DNA of 57,826 bases from contig CAZNQW010000002.1 of the NCBI GenBank assembly GCA_964575225.1, positions 1 to 57,826 of the forward strand, in the 5' to 3' direction. Below are positions 52,912-57,826 of this stretch, piece after piece; positions within the stretch are counted from its first letter, which is position 1; every line of letters starts with the position of its first letter. This stretch comes from an uncultured Anaerolineaceae bacterium. Its GTDB lineage: Bacteria > Chloroflexota > Anaerolineae > JAAYZQ01. The notes under the pieces are model-generated. The model did no database searches, was not told the origin of the DNA, and saw only the letters and a list, made by a program, of their open reading frames with translations. The translations under genes and the position numbers were made by a program.

Positions 52912-54158
52912 CGACCCAGACATCTCCCGATTTTGATTTGAGGACCAAGCGGATCAACGATGCCATTGCATTGCGCAAGCCCGATCAGGTCCCTCTGTTT
53001 CCTTCGTTTCACCTGTTCCCTGCTCGGTACGTGGGCATGACCTACGAGGAGGCCTTTTACGATCTGGAGCGCTGGTTGGCAGCCAACGAAAAGACTGTCC
53101 TTGACTACGATCCCGATCTGTATTTTCAGCCCAGTGGCCCCATTTCCACGGCGGGCGCCGCGCATGAGGCGCTGGACAGCAAGCAGATCAAGTGGCCGGG
53201 CCACGGTGTTGCGGCCACTCGGTCCTTCCAGTTCATCGAGGGTGAGTATATGAAGGCGGAGGAGTATGACGAGTTCCTCGCCGATCCCTCCGATTGGACC
53301 CTCCGCAAGTACCTGCCGCGCATCTATGGCAATCTGCAAGGATTGGGCATGCTGCCCACCGTCCGGTCTTTGCTGGCCGGCTATGCAGGCGCCGGGATCG
53401 TGGGCATCCTTGCCCTGCCTCCGGTGGCTGCCTCCTTGAATGCCTTGAACCAGGCGGCCCAGATTTCGATGCAGTGGAGTATCGGCTACGCCCAGTTCGA
53501 GCAAAAGATGAACGCGATGGGCTATCCTGCCTACGCGGCAGCGGTGGCGCTGGCGCCCTATGACCTGATCTCCGATATGTTGCGGGGTATGCGGGGCACC
53601 ATGAAGGACATGTACCGCTGCCCCGAAAAGTTGGTGGCAGCCATGGAATTGCTCCTGCCCGATCAGATCGGGGGCGCCATTCACCAGTGTCAAATGAGCG
53701 GCAACCCGCGCATCTTTATCCCGTTGCATCGCGGCGCCGATGGGTTCATGTCGGCGGAGCAGTTCGAGCGCTTTTACTGGCCCACGCTCAAAGCATTGTT
53801 CCTGGGTCTCATCGATGCCGGGCTGACGCCTGCTCCCTTCTTTGAGGGGGCGTACGATCAGCGTCTCCAGTATCTAAAAGAACTGCCGCCCGGCAAGATC
53901 CTGGGCTGGTTCGAACGTTCGGATCTGATGCAATTGAAGCGAGAACTGGGCGATGTGATGTGCATCGCCAGCGGTATGCCGGCGTCTCTCCTTCAGGCCG
54001 GCACGCCAGAGCAGGTCCGAGCAGAAACCAAAAAGCTCATCGAAACCGTCGGGCGGGATGGCGGCTTTATCATGTCCAACAACACGGTGTTGGACGAGGC
54101 CGATCCGGCGTTGGTGAAGGTGTGGGCCGAGGCGACCAAAGAATTCGGCGTGTACTAG
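52908..54158 (+). CDS. URO-D superfamily methyltransferase, copy b (416 aa)
   Basis: ATG 52908 overlaps the TGA of the corrinoid gene (ATGA) and follows AGGAGGA. Paralogous to copy a. Confidence 0.78.
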   Translation: MTTQTSPDFDLRTKRINDAIALRKPDQVPLFPSFHLFPARYVGMTYEEAFYDLERWLAANEKTVLDYDPDLYFQPSGPISTAGAAHEALDSKQIKWPGHGVAATRSFQFIEGEYMKAEEYDEFLADPSDWTLRKYLPRIYGNLQGLGMLPTVRSLLAGYAGAGIVGILALPPVAASLNALNQAAQISMQWSIGYAQFEQKMNAMGYPAYAAAVALAPYDLISDMLRGMRGTMKDMYRCPEKLVAAMELLLPDQIGGAIHQCQMSGNPRIFIPLHRGADGFMSAEQFERFYWPTLKALFLGLIDAGLTPAPFFEGAYDQRLQYLKELPPGKILGWFERSDLMQLKRELGDVMCIASGMPASLLQAGTPEQVRAETKKLIETVGRDGGFIMSNNTVLDEADPALVKVWAEATKEFGVY

Positions 54159-54178
54159 GGCTTTGTGCTACAATACAG

Positions 54179-54205
54179 GGCGAGGTATCCGACGATACCT
54201 CGCCC
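54179..54205 (+). other. Perfect 11-bp stem-loop between methyltransferase b and the MFS gene
   Basis: GGCGAGGTATC-CGAC-GATACCTCGCC. CATTCTTGAT follows, with no clean U-run. Confidence 0.3.
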
Positions 54206-54230
54206 ATTCTTGATCGAAAAGGGAGCCGTA

Positions 54231-55418
54231 ATGGAAGATAAGCGCAAAGCCTGGGCCGTGATGGGGGTCGTCTTTTTTGCGAGCATTGCCGTGGCCGTCA
54301 ACCAGTTCAAAGTGCCCCCTGTGATGCAAGTGGTGATGGATGAACTTGATATCGGTATGGCTGCTGGCGGCTGGCTTATGTCTGGGATATCGGTGGCGGC
54401 CGTCATCCTTGCCATCCCTGCGGCCTTTTTGCTCACTCGTTGGGGTCCCAAGGTCAGCGGGCTGGTGGCTCTCGGCTGTGTCGTGCTCGGATCGGCCATC
54501 GGCGCAGTGGCGAACACCTTCCCCATTCTCCTTCTGGGGCGCCTGATCGAAGGGGTCGCCCTGGGGCTCATCGTTGTCGTGGCCCCTGCGGTCATCAGTA
54601 TGTGGTTTGGACCCAAAGAGCGTGGCCTGCCTATGGGCATCTGGGCGGCATGGGTTCCCATTGGCAACGTCATTATCTTTAATCTGGCTCATCCCGTGAT
54701 GGCTGCCTTTGGCTGGCGCTCGGTATGGTGGTTGGGAGCCCTGGTGGGAGTCCTGGCCTTTGTAGCCTATGCGCTGGTGGTGACTGTTCCGCCCCACCTA
54801 TCTCGCCCGGTTTCGTCGGGACCCGAGGCGCCCGCAAGCTTTGGCCGGATGTTGCTCAACCCCGCGAGTTGGCTTCTGGCGGTGGCCTTTGCCGCCTTTA
54901 GTTTTGCCATTCTTGGCTATAATACCTGGGCCCCCACCTACCTATCCAGTGAGTTTGGCATGGCCGACACAGTGGCCAGTTTCTATGCCAGTTTGATGTT
55001 CATGGCCGCCATCCCCTCCAATTTCCTGGCTGGTTGGGTGATCAACCGCACGCAAAAGGGGTATCATGTCCTCGTGATCAGTTTCGCGGTCTCCAGCATT
55101 CTCTTTTTCCTGGGATTTCGCCTGCCGGCAGTGGGCATTGTGGCGCCCTTTATGATCGCTTTGGGGTTTGCCTCCAATTTCATCCCCACGGCTGTGTTCA
55201 CGCTGGCGCCCGAGACCATGCCCACGATCCACCTGGCAGGGCTGGCCCTGGCCCTTGTGGGTATTGGTTCGGGAGCAGGCGGCCTCATTGGCCCCCCTGT
55301 TCTGGGTGGCGCGTTGAGCGGCGGCAATTGGGGTGTTGGGGGTCTGTATTTGATGATTGTCATGATCTTTGGTACAATCACTGCGATATTGACACTGCGG
55401 AAGGAAAGGAGATCATGA
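54231..55418 (+). CDS. MFS transporter (395 aa) embedded in the methyltransferase cluster
   Basis: ATG 54231 follows AAAGGGAG. The protein has about 12 hydrophobic spans and the MFS loop motif LLLGRLIEGVALG. Confidence 0.8.
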   Translation: MEDKRKAWAVMGVVFFASIAVAVNQFKVPPVMQVVMDELDIGMAAGGWLMSGISVAAVILAIPAAFLLTRWGPKVSGLVALGCVVLGSAIGAVANTFPILLLGRLIEGVALGLIVVVAPAVISMWFGPKERGLPMGIWAAWVPIGNVIIFNLAHPVMAAFGWRSVWWLGALVGVLAFVAYALVVTVPPHLSRPVSSGPEAPASFGRMLLNPASWLLAVAFAAFSFAILGYNTWAPTYLSSEFGMADTVASFYASLMFMAAIPSNFLAGWVINRTQKGYHVLVISFAVSSILFFLGFRLPAVGIVAPFMIALGFASNFIPTAVFTLAPETMPTIHLAGLALALVGIGSGAGGLIGPPVLGGALSGGNWGVGGLYLMIVMIFGTITAILTLRKERRS

Positions 55419-57250
55419 GCATCTACGTTGACTTTCAGCCGATTGGCCGCCGGGGTGAGTGCCCTGAAGGAGCCAACCTCCTGGACTGCGCCCGTCTGCT
55501 GGGCGTGGGCCTGGCCAATCTGTGCGGGGGAGCGGGAAGTTGTGGCCGTTGCATCGTCCAGATCATGGAAGGGCAGGTTTCGCCCCCGGCTGAAGGCGAA
55601 TCCGATTTCCTGTCTGCCCAGCAGTTGGCGGAGGGGTATCGCCTGGCCTGTCGTACCCTGCCCCTGAGCGACTGCAAAGTGCGAGTGCCCGCCGAATCGC
55701 TGACGACGCCCCAACGGACCCAGATCGAGGGTGAGGACTTGGCGGTGGCGCCCGAGCCCATGGTGCAGGTCTACGCGGTGACCATGCCGCCGGCCTCTAT
55801 CGAGGATTTGCGGTCTGACACCGAACGGGTGGCGGCTGCCCTGGCGGAGCAACACGGATTAGATGGGCTCGTCTTTGACCTGGCGGTGGTGAAACAGCTT
55901 TCCCTCTTGCTCCGAGAGGGAAGTGGGATACGCACTCACGAGTGGAAGGCGCGCGTAGCCGTGCGCGATGGGGAAGTGGTGGCTCTGTTGCCCGAGGCCG
56001 CCAAGCCGTTGGGGGTGGCTGTCGATCTGGGAACGACCAAGGTCGCTGTGTACCTGGTCGATCTCGAGTCGGGGCAGACGCTGGCCTCTCAAGGGCTGAT
56101 GAACCCCCAGATTGCTTACGGCGAAGATGTGATCGCGCGCATGGCTTATACCGAAGAGTCGCCCGATGCAGCGGCTCAGATGCAAAGCCTGGTCGTCGAC
56201 GTTTTGAACGCTGCCATGGTAAACCTGTGCAAGCAGGTGGGCGCTCAAACCGATCAGATTGTAGACATGGTTGTGGTGGCCAACACGGCCATGCACCATC
56301 TTTTCCTGGGGTTGCCTGTGGGCCAACTGGCCCGCGCACCGTACGTTCCGGCTGTCGGCGCGGCCCTGGACGTAAAAGCCAGGGACCTGGGCCTCGAAAT
56401 TGCGCCGGGGGGGTACCTGTATCTGCTCCCCAACATTGCGGGCTATGTGGGCGCTGATCACGTGGCGATGCTTTTGGCTTCTGGGGTCAACCAGGCCGAA
56501 GGAGTTGTGCTGGCCCTCGATATTGGGACCAATACCGAGGTCTGCCTGATAGATCATGGGCGCATGACCAGCACCTCCTGCGCCTCGGGGCCAGCTTTTG
56601 AGGGCGCCCATATCCGACACGGTATGCGGGCGGCCAACGGCGCCATCGAACGGATGCGGTTGGTGGATGGCGAGGTCGAATACCAGACCATCGGCGACGA
56701 GCTGCCTGTGGGCCTCTGTGGCTCGGGCATCCTGGATACCATCGCCGAACTCTATCTGGCGGGTATTCTCGACGCCAAGGGCAAGATGGGCCAGCATGAA
56801 CAAGTACGAGGTGAGGGCGGCAAGAGTGAGTTTCTCCTTGTGAGCCAGGATGGCTCTGGAAACGGCCTCTCGGACATTACCTTCACCCAAAAGGATGTGC
56901 GCGAACTGCAATTGGCCAAGGGAGCCATGCGGACAGGCATTAACGTACTTCTCGAGACCCACGGTTTGACGGCTTCCGAGATCGATCGTGTGATCATCGC
57001 CGGGGCTTTTGGCACCTATATCGATGTGGGCAACGCCATGGCTATTGGCATGCTGCCCGATCTGCCTCTGGATCGCTTCAGTCAGGTGGGCAACGCCGCC
57101 GGAATGGGGGCCAAAATGGCCCTGATCTCCCGCGCCAAGCGGGCCGAAGCGCAGACGTTTGCCGGGCGTATCGGCTATGTCGAGTTGGCGTCTGCTCCCA
57201 ACTTTTCTCGAACTTTTGCCAAGGCCATGTACCTGGGGCAGACTGCCTAG
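55415..57250 (+). CDS. Reductive activator of corrinoid enzymes (RACE-type): N-terminal 2Fe-2S ferredoxin domain + ASKHA ATPase domain
   Basis: ATG 55415 overlaps the MFS TGA (ATGA). The plant-type ferredoxin Cys pattern is CGGAGSCGRC...C. ASKHA phosphate loops: VAVDLGTTKV and LALDIGTNTE. Confidence 0.85.
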   Translation: MSIYVDFQPIGRRGECPEGANLLDCARLLGVGLANLCGGAGSCGRCIVQIMEGQVSPPAEGESDFLSAQQLAEGYRLACRTLPLSDCKVRVPAESLTTPQRTQIEGEDLAVAPEPMVQVYAVTMPPASIEDLRSDTERVAAALAEQHGLDGLVFDLAVVKQLSLLLREGSGIRTHEWKARVAVRDGEVVALLPEAAKPLGVAVDLGTTKVAVYLVDLESGQTLASQGLMNPQIAYGEDVIARMAYTEESPDAAAQMQSLVVDVLNAAMVNLCKQVGAQTDQIVDMVVVANTAMHHLFLGLPVGQLARAPYVPAVGAALDVKARDLGLEIAPGGYLYLLPNIAGYVGADHVAMLLASGVNQAEGVVLALDIGTNTEVCLIDHGRMTSTSCASGPAFEGAHIRHGMRAANGAIERMRLVDGEVEYQTIGDELPVGLCGSGILDTIAELYLAGILDAKGKMGQHEQVRGEGGKSEFLLVSQDGSGNGLSDITFTQKDVRELQLAKGAMRTGINVLLETHGLTASEIDRVIIAGAFGTYIDVGNAMAIGMLPDLPLDRFSQVGNAAGMGAKMALISRAKRAEAQTFAGRIGYVELASAPNFSRTFAKAMYLGQTA

Positions 57251-57471
57251 ACGAACTGCTTTTTCCTTCTGGCATCTACCGGATACCACATGCTTACTGT
57301 TCCTGAGGACATGGGCAAATAAGCGCTCAATGGTAGCCTGGGGCACGGCATATCGTGCCCCAGGCTGCGTACAGGCGGGAGTCAAGATCGCATGTCAAGA
57401 ACCAAGTACGCAAGAAAGCTTTAATGCACCCCATTTCCACCGACTTGTACACGATCTGGCCCGATCAGGAT

Positions 57472-57500
57472 TTGACACCCATCACAGAATTGTATATACT
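57472..57500 (+). promoter_or_regulatory. Sigma70-like promoter (TTGACA-17 nt-TATACT) for the arsR-family gene
   Basis: -35 at 57472-57477 and -10 at 57495-57500, with 17-nt spacing. Confidence 0.5.
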
Positions 57501-57513
57501 ATGTTCGTCTTTT

Positions 57514-57523
57514 TGAATATTCA
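57514..57523. promoter_or_regulatory. Candidate ArsR/SmtB operator (perfect palindrome TGAATATTCA)
   Basis: A 10-bp perfect palindrome lies just downstream of the predicted -10 and 18 nt upstream of the ATG. The TATTCAGA half resembles the TGAA-N-TTCA cores of SmtB/CzrA operators (recalled from memory). Confidence 0.35.
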
Positions 57524-57540
57524 GAATTGGGCATGGGACA

Positions 57541-57826
57541 ATGAAAAGTGAGAAGGCATACAAGAAACAGGCGGAGCTATTCCGGGCGCTGGCGCACCCG
57601 GTCCGGCTGCGCATTCTGGATATCCTGGCCCATCAGGAAGCCTGTGTGTGCCATCTGACGGCGATTCTCGGGCAGCGGCAGCCCTACGTTTCGCAACAGC
57701 TTGGAACCTTGCGGGAGGCTGGTTTGGTGACCGACCGCCGCGATGGCACCTTGATCTATTATCGCCTGGCAGATGAGCACCTGGCACTCCTGCTTGCGGA
57801 GGGAAAGACTCTGGTGCAGGAGTTGA
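57541..57826 (+). CDS. arsR: ArsR/SmtB-family metalloregulatory transcription repressor, C-terminus beyond the right window edge
   Basis: The frame is open to the window end, so it is absent from the ORF track. Translation: MKSEKAYKKQAELFRALAHPVRLRILDILAHQEACVCHLTAILGQRQPYVSQQLGTLREAGLVTDRRDGTLIYYRL. This is a winged-helix domain with a CVC metal/metalloid site. Confidence 0.85.
   Translation, partial: MKSEKAYKKQAELFRALAHPVRLRILDILAHQEACVCHLTAILGQRQPYVSQQLGTLREAGLVTDRRDGTLIYYRLADEHLALLLAEGKTLVQEL

Noticed and set aside
50872-54158. Pyrrolysine-type in-frame TAG in the methyltransferase genes.
   Set aside because: Both methyltransferase ORFs are uninterrupted, and they are URO-D-family rather than MttB/MtbB/MtmB-family. 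No pyl genes are in the window.
57340-57361. The 8-bp hairpin GGGGCACG-GCATAT-CGTGCCCC downstream of the activator gene as a terminator.
   Set aside because: There is no U-tract on either strand. It lies about 90 nt after the stop codon. It may be a stability element, but support is insufficient to annotate it.

Overview
This is a 57.8-kb, GC-rich (roughly 60% by eye) bacterial chromosomal segment, densely coding on both strands. I call 44 protein-coding genes, two of them cut by the window edges. I saw no rRNA, tRNA, CRISPR array, transposase, integrase or prophage genes.

Most of the content is core housekeeping:
- gdh (partial), a HAD hydrolase with gatB, cinA, a secreted S8 protease, and polA-argS
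- a purine-salvage block hpt-ade-purA, an orphan solute-binding lipoprotein, and a phosphohexomutase
- the conserved rpsB-tsf-pyrH-frr-uppS-cdsA block
- a 1216-aa secreted EEP-family nuclease and a DnaQ-DinG fusion helicase
- carAB, a csp plus RRM RNA-binding protein operon, CoA-transferase A/B plus thiolase, a membrane-anchored multihaem cytochrome c, and an HpcH-family aldolase

Gene order, the short EF-Ts, the DUF11-type repeats and the bacterial RRM protein suggest a Chloroflexota-like organism. That is inference only.

The regions most worth a second look:
1. A translationally coupled lysine-2,3-aminomutase plus Ddl-like ATP-grasp ligase pair (41.7-44.1 kb). None of the known partner genes for beta-lysine are nearby.
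2. A three-helix attenuator-like leader with a clean intrinsic terminator upstream of carAB (41.26-41.60 kb).
3. A corrinoid-dependent methyltransferase cluster with two corrinoid-protein/URO-D-family methyltransferase modules, an embedded MFS transporter and a RACE-type reductive activator (50.0-57.25 kb). Its substrate and methyl acceptor cannot be assigned.
4. An identical-style extreme C-terminal tail, YLP[MI]ILR, on the two large secreted hydrolases.
5. A roughly 190-nt leader with a terminator-like hairpin ahead of the nuclease gene.
6. A small accessory-looking islet (31.3-34.0 kb) with an orphan 255-aa protein, a REP-like palindromic element, an HD-domain protein with a degenerate HD motif, and a triple zinc-ribbon protein.

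Start codons were refined by hand from the ORF track using Shine-Dalgarno-like sequences, family-typical N-termini and nearby sigma70-like promoters. All functional calls rest on motifs I can read in the translations. No database search was run.
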